A program made the position numbers and the translations under genes. The notes under the pieces are model-generated. The model was given only the letters and a program-made list of their open reading frames with translations, did no database searches and was not told the origin of the DNA. DNA of 64,000 nucleotides, taken from positions 1 to 64,000 of the IMG/VR virus record IMGVR_UViG_3300044807_000039; one strand, written 5' to 3'. How positions within the stretch are numbered: position 1 is the first letter of the stretch; every line of letters starts with the position of its first letter. This document shows positions 1-9,726 of the stretch, piece by piece. The stretch is from a virus. Taxonomy: Duplodnaviria > Heunggongvirae > Uroviricota > Caudoviricetes.

Positions 1-93
1 AATAATAGACTGGGTGGAAAAGCGATTCGGCATGAAGGTCCCAAGCGACTGTGCCGACTCTATTTGTATTAGCTACTATGGGAGTTGTAAGCT

Positions 94-243
94 ATGAGTA
101 CAGGAAAGCTTTACGATAGTTCGGCTTGGCTGTATAAAAGATTTGTTGATGAACGTAAGTCAATGGAAGAGATAGCCAAGGAAGCTGGTTGTTCCAAGAT
201 TACTATCCGTCGTAGACTAAACGATTTTGGAATCAAGCGATGA
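94..243 (+). CDS. small HTH DNA-binding protein (49 aa), stop overlaps next start (ATGA)
   Basis: ORF MSTGKLYDSSAWLYKRFVDERKSMEEIAKEAGCSKITIRRRLNDFGIKR; HTH-like segment; ATGA coupling to 240. Confidence 0.35.
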   Translation: MSTGKLYDSSAWLYKRFVDERKSMEEIAKEAGCSKITIRRRLNDFGIKR

Positions 244-971
244 CCTACGAATATTCAATCATCAGTATTGATGAAACCAGGACTGAAAAGAAGGATAGAA
301 TAAGGAGCGCCCTAAGCTGGCCAGAGGCAAAGATCGATTTTGTCAATGGCAAGGATCCAGGCGAACTGCTTAGGGCTAAAAATAAATGGAGTGCGGTGGA
401 GACACCTGGACCATTCAAAGCAGGTGAGTTTGGTATTTTTTACTCGGTTCTGAACTGTCTTGAGTACGGCGCGGAGAACCATGGTATTCTCTACTTTGAG
501 GACGATGCCATCCCAAATTATAACTTCCAGGTCAGACTAGAACAATACCTGGATGATCTACCGAGGAGAGCTGATATGTTTGCTCTCTGGTCACCGATCA
601 ACCAGGGGTACGATTACGATAACGTTAGTGGATATAATAATGTTGGCGAGCCAATTTATAATCCACATGGCGGCTCCGTGTTTGATTACGGAGACGCCAG
701 TATTTCACGACTCTGGCAAGGGTATGGTAACGTATCCATGTACTTCACCAAGCAGGGAAGCACCAAGCTTCTCCGATATATAAAACAACGAGGTTTCTTT
801 TCTCCGATTGATTGCTTGATCTGTATAGCAACTCATGGGGGGTATCTAAATGGATACAGCCTCAAACCAAAGATTGACCCGTTAATTAATTATGACTGGG
901 ATGCAGAGACCACTATTCATAAATCAAATTGGGGTAGTATAGAAGAACTAACTAAAGGAGAAAATAAATGA
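240..971 (+). CDS. glycosyltransferase (GT25-like, LPS/glycan modifying)
   Basis: 243 aa ORF; general GT-like profile, weak family assignment. Confidence 0.45.
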   Translation: MTYEYSIISIDETRTEKKDRIRSALSWPEAKIDFVNGKDPGELLRAKNKWSAVETPGPFKAGEFGIFYSVLNCLEYGAENHGILYFEDDAIPNYNFQVRLEQYLDDLPRRADMFALWSPINQGYDYDNVSGYNNVGEPIYNPHGGSVFDYGDASISRLWQGYGNVSMYFTKQGSTKLLRYIKQRGFFSPIDCLICIATHGGYLNGYSLKPKIDPLINYDWDAETTIHKSNWGSIEELTKGENK

Positions 972-1657
972 ATGACCGAATGCTTTTGATTGTGCCTAGT
1001 CGCAATAGGCCATCTAATATCAAAAGGCTTTGTGAGGGTTTAATTGCCACCGAAGCAGATCTAGACCTTGCTGTTGGCATTGACAGCGATGATTCCAATA
1101 TTGAAGAATATACCGAGCTTGCTAATAAATATGGTTTTAAATTATATGTTGCCGAAGAACGTAAGAAGTTCGCCGCAACCGTTAATTACATTTCTAAACT
1201 AAACTACGAAAACTACAAATATCTTTCCTGGATGGGAGATGATCACCTTCCGCGTACAAAGAATTGGGATGCAGAATATCGCCGGGACCTCGATGAAATG
1301 AAGGTAGGGGTTGTATATGGAGACGACCTAGTTCAAGGTAAGAACATCGCAACCGAATTGGCCTTTACGTCAAATATCGTTGGGGCTTTGGGATATGCAA
1401 TTCCAGAAGGCTTCGTGCATCTATTCGTAGATAATTACTTTATGATCTTGGGTGAGTCGGTAGATAAGCTTAGGTACCGTGATGATGTTATCGTAGAGCA
1501 CCTGCATTACTCTGTGGGTAATTCTGGTGAAGACCAGACCTACAAGGAAGCTAATTCGCCTGCAAATTGGTCCAACGACCAACGTAGGTTTGAAGAGTAC
1601 AAGATTAATGAACTTCCGGCGGATGCCGAGAAATTGAGGCGACTGTTAAATGTATGA
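968..1657 (+). CDS. glycosyltransferase-like protein
   Basis: 229 aa ORF, N-terminal 'LLIVPSRNRP' GT-A-like start; operon with neighbours. Confidence 0.4.
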   Translation: MNDRMLLIVPSRNRPSNIKRLCEGLIATEADLDLAVGIDSDDSNIEEYTELANKYGFKLYVAEERKKFAATVNYISKLNYENYKYLSWMGDDHLPRTKNWDAEYRRDLDEMKVGVVYGDDLVQGKNIATELAFTSNIVGALGYAIPEGFVHLFVDNYFMILGESVDKLRYRDDVIVEHLHYSVGNSGEDQTYKEANSPANWSNDQRRFEEYKINELPADAEKLRRLLNV

Positions 1658-2270
1658 TTTGGTAGAAGGAGAATACAGATTCTTCGAAGATGGTGAAGTA
1701 CCTTTCTATTCAACCCAGGAATTTCATGATGATAGAGAGGCAGCCCCACATATTGATCAGCATGGAATGCAAAGGGATAGGCTGGTATTGGCAGCTGAAT
1801 TTGTTAAAGAATTTGTGTTGAATAACAATGTAAAAACCGTAACGGATATTTGTTGTGGCGACGGAGGCTTGCTTGAATATCTTAAGCCATTCTTTGAGGA
1901 ACATAATGTAAAGGCTTGGGGTTACGACTTTCAGCCAGCAAACGTTAGGGATGCACAGTATAAGCGCAAGGTTGATGTTACTTTTGCTGATGTCGTTAAT
2001 GACGATATTGAGCTAGGTGAGCTTTCGATTATGACCGAGTGCTTGGAGCATTTCTATAGGCCACACGAGATGGTGCGAAAGGTAGCAGAACAATCAAAGT
2101 ACTTTGTTGCAAGTGGTCCCAATGGAGAAACACCAGAGGCACACTACGGTTTGCATCTATGGGGCTGGTCCGAACCTGCTTACAGAAACCTACTTGAACA
2201 GGCTGGATATAAGATTACGCGACACGAGAATATTAGTATTTTTCAGGTCGTGGCAGGTGTTCATGCTTGA
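1650..2270 (+). CDS. class I SAM-dependent methyltransferase
   Basis: motif I 'VTDICCGDGG' (hhDhGxGxG). Confidence 0.6.
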   Translation: MYDLVEGEYRFFEDGEVPFYSTQEFHDDREAAPHIDQHGMQRDRLVLAAEFVKEFVLNNNVKTVTDICCGDGGLLEYLKPFFEEHNVKAWGYDFQPANVRDAQYKRKVDVTFADVVNDDIELGELSIMTECLEHFYRPHEMVRKVAEQSKYFVASGPNGETPEAHYGLHLWGWSEPAYRNLLEQAGYKITRHENISIFQVVAGVHA

Positions 2271-3163
2271 AGATTCTCATCACGGGTTCAGCTGGATTCG
2301 TAGGAAGTCACTTTGCTAGAAAACTTGCTGAACACGAACTAACCTTGATTGATATCAAGGAGGGTAATGACGCGGGCGAATTCTTTAGGTCGAATGATAC
2401 CCAATATGATTTAGTCATTCATGCCGCTGCTACTGTGGGGGGCAGAATGGTTATTGATCTAGCTCCACATAAATTATTCAATAACTTTAATCTAGACTCC
2501 GAACTGTTCCAATGGTCCTTGAAGACCCAGCCCAAGAAGATTATGTATTTCTCTAGCTCGGCTGCATACCCAATGTCCTTACAGGGTAAAGAAGCTTATA
2601 AGATTGGAAATCCAAAGCCCGTACCAAACTTTTATAAGCTAAGAGAAGAAGATATTGATTTAGACAATGTTGAAAGTCCAGATCCAAGTATCTATGGTTG
2701 GTCCAAGTTGACGGGTGAGCAGCTGGCAAGGTATGCTACTGTCCAAGGCTTGAATATTTATGTGTTCAGGCCCTTCAGTGGTTATTCTGAATCTCAAGAC
2801 TTGGATTATCCTTTCCCTTCGTTTATAGCGAGAGCTAAGCGCAGGGACAATCCATTTGAAATTTGGGGGGACGGAGAGCAGGTTCGTGATTGGATTCACA
2901 TTGATGATATTGTCAATGCGGCTATATATACATTAAATTCATGTGAGCCTGGTATTTGGAATGTATGTTCAGGTAGACCAACATCTTTTAATGAATTTGC
3001 ATCAATCCTCACTAATATGGTTGGCTACAGTCCAAAGTTTGACCACAAGCTAGGCAATCCAGTAGGAGTCTATCACCGTGTCGGCGACCCAACCAAGAGT
3101 CACCAGGTCTATACTCCTAGAATAACCTTAGAGGAAGGTATCGCACGCGCGTTGCGGGTGTAG
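2267..3163 (+). CDS. NAD-dependent nucleoside-diphosphate-sugar epimerase/dehydratase (SDR)
   Basis: N-terminal 'ILITGSAGFVGS' Rossmann GxxGxxG; 'YGWSK' YxxxK catalytic motif. Confidence 0.8.
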   Translation: MKILITGSAGFVGSHFARKLAEHELTLIDIKEGNDAGEFFRSNDTQYDLVIHAAATVGGRMVIDLAPHKLFNNFNLDSELFQWSLKTQPKKIMYFSSSAAYPMSLQGKEAYKIGNPKPVPNFYKLREEDIDLDNVESPDPSIYGWSKLTGEQLARYATVQGLNIYVFRPFSGYSESQDLDYPFPSFIARAKRRDNPFEIWGDGEQVRDWIHIDDIVNAAIYTLNSCEPGIWNVCSGRPTSFNEFASILTNMVGYSPKFDHKLGNPVGVYHRVGDPTKSHQVYTPRITLEEGIARALRV

Positions 3164-3355
3164 GTGATAAAAATGCCAATGTATGAATACAAATGCAGGA
3201 CTTGTGATAACGAGTTTGAGCTTAACCTTAATATTGACGATCGAGATGAATTGGACGTAATTGGTCCATGCACAGGATGTCGTAGTCTTAGGGTTGAAAG
3301 AATAATTGTCTTTAAGGGCTCAGTATGGGCACCAACAGCCGGAGGTTACCGATGA
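3164..3355 (+). CDS. FmdB-family zinc-ribbon protein
   Basis: 'MPMYEYKCRTCDNEF...GPCTGC' CxxC..CxxC. Confidence 0.55.
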   Translation: MIKMPMYEYKCRTCDNEFELNLNIDDRDELDVIGPCTGCRSLRVERIIVFKGSVWAPTAGGYR

Positions 3356-3645
3356 TTAGACGCACGGCATACAAGGGCGATACGACTCGTTGGGCACTCG
3401 ATCCAAATAAGCAGGTGAGTTACGAGTTTCAATTCCAAGGCGGAATTGTAACTCCCGGAATGGAATTAAGAATTAGGGACGATCGAGCAGTGTATAAGTT
3501 TCTTTGCTTGGTGTACGATTCGAAATTAGATAAGACTTGGTTGGAATTGAGCTGCGTCATGGGCTTTCGAGCGAAAACCATTGATAAGGTAACCAAGGTG
3601 ATTGGACTTAAGAAAACTAAAAGAAAAAAGGCGATGGCTGAATGA
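3352..3645 (+). CDS. hypothetical protein
   Basis: ORF, ATGA overlap with upstream stop. Confidence 0.35.
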   Translation: MIRRTAYKGDTTRWALDPNKQVSYEFQFQGGIVTPGMELRIRDDRAVYKFLCLVYDSKLDKTWLELSCVMGFRAKTIDKVTKVIGLKKTKRKKAMAE

Positions 3646-4166
3646 GTACCGAACTAGAAATTCTACGGCACCAGGAGGAACAAGAAAGAATTGTTACCTT
3701 GTACGCCAAGGGTGTAAGGCTAAGTGATATCCAAAAGGAAACGGGTCTCACTAAAAAGGCGGTGGAAGCGCACCTAGCCGAGTATCGTGAATTTGCCAGA
3801 AATGATAAATACATGGTTGCACGTTCACGCGAAGTTGTGCTTACCGTCGATCAACATTTCTCTGAAATTATTAGAGAATATTACGATGCTATTGAAGAGG
3901 CTAATATGGCTGGAGATTTTAAAGCCAGAATGTCGGGTCTCTCTGCTGTAGCAAAAATAGAATCCGATAGAGTTGAATTTCTACGTAAGGCAGGCTTGAT
4001 TGCTGAGTCGCACGTAGGTGACATGGTTGCCGCTGCTGAAGAAAAAACGGCAATTGTTCTTGGTATTCTTAAGCGTATCAATGAAAAATACCCTGATGTA
4101 GCCAGAGAAATATCCGTGGAGCTATCCAAGGTAACCGGGGAGGTTCAGGCTGTACGCGTAATGTAA
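3642..4166 (+). CDS. putative terminase small subunit (HTH)
   Basis: 174 aa, HTH 'VRLSDIQKETGLTKKAVEAHL', directly upstream of large terminase. Confidence 0.45.
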   Translation: MSTELEILRHQEEQERIVTLYAKGVRLSDIQKETGLTKKAVEAHLAEYREFARNDKYMVARSREVVLTVDQHFSEIIREYYDAIEEANMAGDFKARMSGLSAVAKIESDRVEFLRKAGLIAESHVGDMVAAAEEKTAIVLGILKRINEKYPDVAREISVELSKVTGEVQAVRVM

Positions 4167-5953
4167 TGTTGGATTTATCTGATTTTCTGGGGGCTTTAAG
4201 AGAAGACGAAGACATATGGGAAGAACGTCCCGTAGCGCTTCAAGTATTTCTTTACCACAAGGATTATATGGCACTTCCTTCTCTGTCCTCTATTCAGGAA
4301 GAGATTGTAGAGCTAGGTAGTAACATCCTCAAGCCTGAGACATGGGTCGAGTTGTATGGCGAAGAAGAAGGATTACGTATTGCCAATAGAAATTACAAGG
4401 AATTGTTTTTTCTTCTAGGCAAGGGTAGCGGTAAGGACTTCATGTCCGAGGTAATCTGTGCTAGGATTGCCTACCTACTGCTATGCCTAAAAAATCCGGC
4501 GGGGTACTATGGAAAACCTGAAGGTGACTCTATTGACATTGTTAACGTAGCTAAGAACGCTAAGCAGGCCAACAATGTATTCTTCGCAGGTTTTAAAACA
4601 CGTATTAAGTATTGTAAATGGTTCAGGGGAAAATATAAACCTCGTGCAAGTGATATTGAATTCGATAAAAATGTACGAGTGCATAGTCTAAACTCGGAAA
4701 ATGAAGGAACCGAGGGTCTAAATATTATGGTGGCAGTACTCGATGAGCTGGATTCTTTTGATGAAGGAGACACTACCGTCAATGCCGACAAGATGTATAA
4801 GACCCTACGTGCAACCGTATCGTCACGTTTTGACGAAGTGGGTAAGCTGTTGGTTCTTTCCTTTCCAAGGCGTAAGGACGGATTCATTATGCGCAAATAT
4901 AATGAATTCGTGGTGGATAAAATTGTTCGCAAACGCTCGCATGTTTTCGTATTAAATCCAGAACTTCCCCCGGGTAGCGATGGAAACGAGTTCAGAGTAG
5001 AGTGGGAAGAGGATGAAATTATCCTCTACCGTTACGCACGAGTGTGGGCACTTCGTAGACCAACCTGGGAAGTTAACCCTACGAAGACTATTGACAGCTT
5101 TACAATGGACTTCTATGCTGATACGAATGACTCCTTGGGTCGTTTCGCAGCATGTCCACAGGACACCGATGGAATTAGTGATTGGTATAAGGATAAAGCT
5201 AAAATCGATGCAACCTTCAGCGGTGCCAATGGGGTAGCTGATGATGGCTCTATACGTATAGAGCCAGACCCAGACAAGCAATATTTTGTCCACGTAGACC
5301 TAGCGCTAGTGCAAGATAACGCTGCACTAGCGCTAGCGCATGTTGGGGATTTTAAACAATTTAAGATTGCTAACACCATACTTGACCCAGCTCCGCATAT
5401 TGTGGTAGATTTGGTGCGTTACTGGAAGCCAGGAAAAGATCGCCCCTTGGACTTCACGGATATTCGTGAATTTATCATTTCGCTTCGCAGAAAGGGTTTT
5501 AATATTAAGATGGTGACCTTTGACCGTTGGCAATCAGCACAAATTATTCAATCGCTGAATGAAATCGGTATTCCAGCTGAAAAACTTTCGGTTGCAAGGG
5601 ATCATTATAACGAATTTGCTTTAACTATGGGTGAAAATAGATTGGTTGGTCCTGATTCAGAACTCTTGAAGAAGGAGCTAAAGACTATCATTATCAATGA
5701 CAAGGGAAAGGTTGATCACCCAGGACGAACCGGTAATGACCTTGCAGATGCGGTGTGTGGAGCAATTTTTAACGCAGCTAATCTTACTCCAAAGAATGAT
5801 AAGCCAACCGAGGTTGTTACCTATTCTGACATTAAGCGAGAATATAACGAAGATCTTAGAAGGAAATTTGAGAAGAATAATGTAATCCATGCACCACGAA
5901 CCAACATGCCGAAAGAAATAGAAAATTTTCTTGCGGGGATAAGAATACTATAA
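4166..5953 (+). CDS. terL: terminase large subunit
   Basis: 595 aa; Walker A-like 'LGKGSGKD', Walker B 'VAVLDELD', C-terminal nuclease-like region. Confidence 0.85.
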   Translation: MLDLSDFLGALREDEDIWEERPVALQVFLYHKDYMALPSLSSIQEEIVELGSNILKPETWVELYGEEEGLRIANRNYKELFFLLGKGSGKDFMSEVICARIAYLLLCLKNPAGYYGKPEGDSIDIVNVAKNAKQANNVFFAGFKTRIKYCKWFRGKYKPRASDIEFDKNVRVHSLNSENEGTEGLNIMVAVLDELDSFDEGDTTVNADKMYKTLRATVSSRFDEVGKLLVLSFPRRKDGFIMRKYNEFVVDKIVRKRSHVFVLNPELPPGSDGNEFRVEWEEDEIILYRYARVWALRRPTWEVNPTKTIDSFTMDFYADTNDSLGRFAACPQDTDGISDWYKDKAKIDATFSGANGVADDGSIRIEPDPDKQYFVHVDLALVQDNAALALAHVGDFKQFKIANTILDPAPHIVVDLVRYWKPGKDRPLDFTDIREFIISLRRKGFNIKMVTFDRWQSAQIIQSLNEIGIPAEKLSVARDHYNEFALTMGENRLVGPDSELLKKELKTIIINDKGKVDHPGRTGNDLADAVCGAIFNAANLTPKNDKPTEVVTYSDIKREYNEDLRRKFEKNNVIHAPRTNMPKEIENFLAGIRIL

Positions 5954-5961
5954 GGAATAAA

Positions 5962-6426
5962 ATGAACAGAACCGAGAAAGAGCAGATACTAGCTGCTCTA
6001 AAAGAGCGTGACGGGTATCGATGTATGCTGCCTGGTTGCACCAGGCCGTTTACAGAAGACGACAAACCAACAATTGATCACTGGAATCCTTTTAGCATTT
6101 CCCGCGATGGATCTTTAGCAAACCTTAGATTAATGCATTTTACTTGTAATAACCTTAAGGGAAACACAGTACCAAACGCTGATGGTTCTATTACTATTAC
6201 TAGAAGCATTAAGATTCCTAAGCAGAAGCGTCCAGAATTGTGTGACACCTGTATGTCTGGTAGAATCCTACTTGACGGGGAAAACTGCGATGATTGTGGA
6301 TCGGGTCCACAACCAAGGAGATTTCCAACAGCTTACAAGCGCAAGCCTAAGAATTGTTCACACTCTGGTCGTGAGCACTGTTGGTCATGCGTTACAGGAT
6401 TCGTAAGAAGGATTGAAGTTGCTTAA
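5962..6426 (+). CDS. HNH endonuclease
   Basis: 'CMLPGC...DHWNPFS...HFTCNNLKGN' HNH motif. Confidence 0.8.
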   Translation: MNRTEKEQILAALKERDGYRCMLPGCTRPFTEDDKPTIDHWNPFSISRDGSLANLRLMHFTCNNLKGNTVPNADGSITITRSIKIPKQKRPELCDTCMSGRILLDGENCDDCGSGPQPRRFPTAYKRKPKNCSHSGREHCWSCVTGFVRRIEVA

Positions 6427-6787
6427 CAAATGGGAAGAATTGTATCTTGATGCTCTAACAATGGATGATGATTTTAAGCTTGACATCCCAGTTGATCCAT
6501 TGCCGGGGGAATCTTTAGAGGATGCCTCTTTTAGATATTTCAGAGAGCAAGGAATCCTTGTAGGCGATGATGAAGATAATCTCATGGTTAATTTCGCTAG
6601 AGCAAATGAAATAGATCCAAATATTGCGAAGTTTTTCGCGGCGGGGCAGCAAGCAGAGTTTGCTACTGTTATAGATCAACTTGAACTTGATGGTTGGATC
6701 TATTCAAGTGTTGACAGCGAAGGTAGGCTAGTGTACGGTATTACAGAAGAAGGAAAGCGGCACCTTGACAACACCAAGGATAACTAA
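6413..6787 (+). CDS. hypothetical protein
   Basis: 124 aa ORF. Confidence 0.4.
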   Translation: MKLLNKWEELYLDALTMDDDFKLDIPVDPLPGESLEDASFRYFREQGILVGDDEDNLMVNFARANEIDPNIAKFFAAGQQAEFATVIDQLELDGWIYSSVDSEGRLVYGITEEGKRHLDNTKDN

Positions 6788-7276
6788 TTTTGTCTGGAAC
6801 GTTGTTGATCCACCGTGGAACTTCTATAGTATAAGGTACGTGCTAGATGATTACACAGAACACGTGGTTTACATTCCCACAAAAATAATTGAAAAGGAAT
6901 TAGAAACCATGTCGATCGTGGACATCGTGGTAGCTCGTCTTAGAGCAACCTTGGATTGTGTCCCAGTTCATATTGACAGAGTAGGCAAGAAAGAGAAGGA
7001 TGCTACCAACCGAAGCGCAAAGCAAGCTACAAGACGCCCTACTAAAAGTAAATTGGCTTAATTTAACCAGCGTCATGAATAGCTTAGCTTTGGGCTACGC
7101 TTGGGGTCGTTACGACAATATGTATTTTCGACCAAACTTCAAGCAAGCTGAAGAAGATTTGCCCTGGCTGCTTGACAACGTGGTGGAGATCTGTGAAGCT
7201 ATAGAAGTTCTCAAGGATTCCAGACCAGGGAGAAGCAAGTCATGAATCTCGATCACCACAGCGAATAGGAGTCAGC

Positions 7277-7600
7277 ATGTCAATGTCGCAACCACTCGAC
7301 TGGGTGCTCAAATCTTTTTACGAGGGTTGGCACTCTTTGCTTACGGATCTCTATAATGATCTTGAGCGACTAGATGATGAGATCATTATTTCGCAGGTGA
7401 AAGTAAAGTTCGGTGGTCTTCGTTTCTATGCCTATGGTACCAAGCCTGAGGTACAGAATCTTATTCGTAGGGCTGAAGAGCGTGCATCTAAAACATGCGA
7501 GGTCTGCGGCGTCCAGGATTCTACTGTTGCAATTAATAAGCGCTTCTGGAACGTTTGTGCTGGTTGCGAGGAGGAAACGCATGCTACAAAAGATGCTTGA
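7277..7600 (+). CDS. hypothetical zinc-binding protein
   Basis: 'CEVCG...CAGCEEE'. Confidence 0.4.
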   Translation: MSMSQPLDWVLKSFYEGWHSLLTDLYNDLERLDDEIIISQVKVKFGGLRFYAYGTKPEVQNLIRRAEERASKTCEVCGVQDSTVAINKRFWNVCAGCEEETHATKDA

Positions 7601-7660
7601 CAACCTCGCTGAAGTATGCGAAGCTTTGCAGGTACTAAGAAGTCAGCCTAAAGCAAAGGA

Positions 7661-8098
7661 TTGATCATGGACGTACCGGTGATGATCTGTGCAATCTGTC
7701 GGCGCACCTTGGATCTTGCGGAGGAACCTGAAGGTTCACGCTACCAGCATACCTTCCAGGACTCGGTTGGAGAGGATCACGATCCACTACCCATCTTTCC
7801 TGATGCCAACTGGGCTGTACGGTGCGACTTCTGTAACACGGACGCAGCAGCGTACCATGTGCCAGCTAGGGACTTTGCAATGCCCAACCTACCTGGACAC
7901 CGCTCTAGTGGTGCCTGGGCTGCCTGTAGAGAGTGTGGTACGCTAGTGGACACTAACCAGTGGTCTAAGCTAATCAGGCGGGTGGTAGAGAAATATGCTG
8001 AGAGTAAGTCTCCCATGACAATAGAAAGTCAAGCGGCCCTGGCTGCTCTCTATCGAGAGCTCCGCAAAAATATCAGCGGGCCTATGCGAGAGATCTAA
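7661..8098 (+). CDS. hypothetical protein (Cys-containing)
   Basis: 145 aa ORF. Confidence 0.4.
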   Translation: MIMDVPVMICAICRRTLDLAEEPEGSRYQHTFQDSVGEDHDPLPIFPDANWAVRCDFCNTDAAAYHVPARDFAMPNLPGHRSSGAWAACRECGTLVDTNQWSKLIRRVVEKYAESKSPMTIESQAALAALYRELRKNISGPMREI

Positions 8099-8112
8099 CC
8101 AAGGAGGTCTAC

Positions 8113-8322
8113 GTGGCTAAGAAACGGGTAGTGAATAAGCGACCCAATCCAAATGTACATTTCAACCTACTAAGGTTAAATCCCAAAGAAGAGCAGCGAA
8201 TCAAAAAGAATTCTGCCCTCTGGCGTGCCTGTACGTGCGAGATATGTAATAGTGTTTACACTATGGTGGCACGCAAGAAGGATTGTGTTGCATATCACTA
8301 TGGTGAGTACAAGAGTAGATAG
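8113..8322 (+). CDS. hypothetical small protein
   Basis: 69 aa ORF with RBS. Confidence 0.35.
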   Translation: MAKKRVVNKRPNPNVHFNLLRLNPKEEQRIKKNSALWRACTCEICNSVYTMVARKKDCVAYHYGEYKSR

Positions 8323-8339
8323 CGTGTGGCTAAACCGGC

Positions 8340-8369
8340 TTGACAAGCCTAGATCGGTGATGCTAAGCT
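8340..8369 (+). promoter_or_regulatory. sigma70-like promoter TTGACA-N18-TAAGCT upstream of tRNA array 1
   Basis: TTGACA at 8340-8345, -10 TAAGCT 8364-8369. Confidence 0.45.
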
Positions 8370-8380
8370 TTACGAGTAAG

Positions 8381-8450
8381 GTCCTATAGGCCAGTGGTTA
8401 AGCCGCTACCCTCTCAAGGTAGAGACGAGAGTTCAATTCTCTCTAGGACT
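8381..8450 (+). tRNA. tRNA-Glu (anticodon CTC)
   Basis: acceptor GTCCTA/TAGGAC, anticodon loop CTCTCAA, T-arm GAGAG-TTCAATT-CTCTC. Confidence 0.55.
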
Positions 8451-8464
8451 ACGCTTTAAATCAA

Positions 8465-8540
8465 GCCCCGTTGGAGTAGTGGTTATCTCACTGAGCTTTC
8501 ACCTCAGAGAAGGCCGGATCGAAACCGGCACGGGGTACCA
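8465..8540 (+). tRNA. tRNA-Glu (anticodon TTC), CCA encoded
   Basis: acceptor GCCCCGT/ACGGGGT, anticodon stem CTGAG/CTCAG, loop CTTTCAC, T-arm GCCGG-ATCGAAA-CCGGC, CCA follows. Confidence 0.7.
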
Positions 8541-8635
8541 GGAAGATATAGCTTCATCAGCTATCCTACTAGAGTGATGACCTAGTTTGATGGAAGCGCA
8601 GCCTGAAACTACGTGAAAGTGTCTTCCGTTCGTTT

Positions 8636-8704
8636 ATGGGAGCGCAAGGTGCGAAATCTCTCTCCAAAAGAGATTGCTAGGGGGTTCAACTCCCTCCTCC
8701 CATG
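8636..8704 (+). tRNA. tRNA-Trp (anticodon CCA), compact D-arm
   Basis: acceptor ATGGGAG/CTCCCAT, anticodon stem TCTCT/AGAGA loop CTCCAAA, T-arm GGGGG-TTCAACT-CCCTC. Confidence 0.5.
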
Positions 8705-8875
8705 CGTGTTCACCTGACCTCTGTACTATAACCTAGCTTAGTCGTCTGTATTCCAGCTAAGCAACATGGCGAACTACGGCCCTGCGGGGAAGCTATAGGT
8801 CAGCTGGAAAGAATACAGGCCCGGTTCGCCGGGAGGCAATGTGACACAGCGAAAGCTACAGTAGCATTGCCGCTT

Positions 8876-8949
8876 GCCGAGTGGTCCGGACGGTTTGACG
8901 GAGAGAAGCTTATATCTTCTTTGAACAGGTTCAATTCCTGTACTCGGTA
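8876..8949 (+). tRNA. tRNA with anticodon TAT (Ile-AUA decoder?)
   Basis: acceptor GCCGAGT/ACTCGGT, D-stem TCCG/CGGA, anticodon stem AGAAG/CTTCT loop CTTATAT, T-arm ACAGG-TTCAATT-CCTGT. Confidence 0.5.
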
Positions 8950-8950
8950 C

Positions 8951-9181
8951 ATGGAAAAAGCATACAAATTTACTATGGTGCCTGAAGTAACTCAGGAAGT
9001 AGTTCAATATTTCCTTGTCAAAGGTGAAGCAGCCAAGGACATTGAAGAGGTGATCTACGAAGATCCGGACGAATATTTCGGGGAGCTTGACAACGGCAGG
9101 CACCCAGGGTATGTTTTGCAGGAGTGGGAAGAAGTCCTTCCAGATGAAGCCCGCGCCAACGATCCATATACTTTAAGTTGA
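8951..9181 (+). CDS. hypothetical protein
   Basis: ATG immediately after tRNA end; 76 aa. Confidence 0.4.
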   Translation: MEKAYKFTMVPEVTQEVVQYFLVKGEAAKDIEEVIYEDPDEYFGELDNGRHPGYVLQEWEEVLPDEARANDPYTLS

Positions 9182-9194
9182 GGAGGTAAAATAA

Positions 9195-9320
9195 ATGACC
9201 GATCCAATTGAAGAAGTTCCTCCAGTAGAGGAGCCTCCAGTAGAGGGACCACCAATTGTAATTGATGTTCCACCGCGTGAAGATCCACCGTCAGTTCCGC
9301 GACCACGCCCACCGCATTGA
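9195..9320 (+). CDS. proline-rich small protein (41 aa)
   Basis: RBS GAGGAGG; MTDPIEEVPPVEEPPVEGPP... Confidence 0.3.
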   Translation: MTDPIEEVPPVEEPPVEGPPIVIDVPPREDPPSVPRPRPPH

Positions 9321-9327
9321 GGCGATT

Positions 9328-9507
9328 ATGAATATTTATGAACGCCAACCAGGTGATTCGATTTGGATTGTGAAATATAAAATGTCTAATACCAAATTTG
9401 CCTCCAAGCAGGTTTTTGGTAAAGATAAATCGGATGCCCTAGAGCGATTCAGGAGAATTCATAATTACGACGGGAAATACGTCGTTGAATCGATTTCAAA
9501 AAAGTAG
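9328..9507 (+). CDS. small protein, member of paralogous ~60 aa family
   Basis: MNIYERQPGDSIWIVKYK...; shares the aromatic-x-V-x-V-N ... A...A ... V-x-V ... W pattern of the family listed in Findings. Confidence 0.4.
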   Translation: MNIYERQPGDSIWIVKYKMSNTKFASKQVFGKDKSDALERFRRIHNYDGKYVVESISKK

Positions 9508-9510
9508 TGC

Positions 9511-9539
9511 TTGACAGGCTAGATGAAGTACGCTAAAGT
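9511..9539 (+). promoter_or_regulatory. sigma70-like promoter TTGACA-N17-TAAAGT
   Basis: TTGACA 9511-9516, TAAAGT 9534-9539; TSS predicted ~9546. Confidence 0.55.
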
Positions 9540-9546
9540 AGTTCTT

Positions 9547-9624
9547 ACCAGGTTGCGAATGAGCATTCCGCTTTGACCACATGGGGTCATGATTTCCGAT
9601 CAGTGCGAGTCTGATCAACCTGGT
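9547..9624 (+). ncRNA. promoter-proximal tRNA-like structured element (8-bp acceptor-like stem, 6-nt 'anticodon' loop, T-arm GATCAG-TGCGAGT-CTGATC)
   Basis: ACCAGGTT...AACCTGGT terminal stem; internal hairpins; non-canonical loops. Confidence 0.35.
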
Positions 9625-9629
9625 TATAA

Positions 9630-9701
9630 TCCCCCATCTTTCAATTGGTAGGAAGAGTGGCTGTTAACCACTTAATCTAGGTTCGAGTCCTGGTGGGGGA
9701 G
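9630..9701 (+). tRNA. tRNA-Asn (GTT)
   Basis: acceptor TCCCCCA/TGGGGGA, anticodon stem AGTGG/CCACT loop CTGTTAA, T-arm CTAGG-TTCGAGT-CCTGG. Confidence 0.75.
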
Positions 9702-9726
9702 CTTTAAAATATGTTACAATTTAACT

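Noticed and set aside
8780-8862. Possible extra tRNA between tRNA-Trp and tRNA(TAT) (GGGGAAGCTATAGGTCAGCTGG...CCCGGTTCGCCGGG)
   Set aside because: Has a D-loop-like segment, but the 'T-arm' has a 4-nt loop, and no acceptor or anticodon pairing could be built. Probably a remnant or a simple hairpin.
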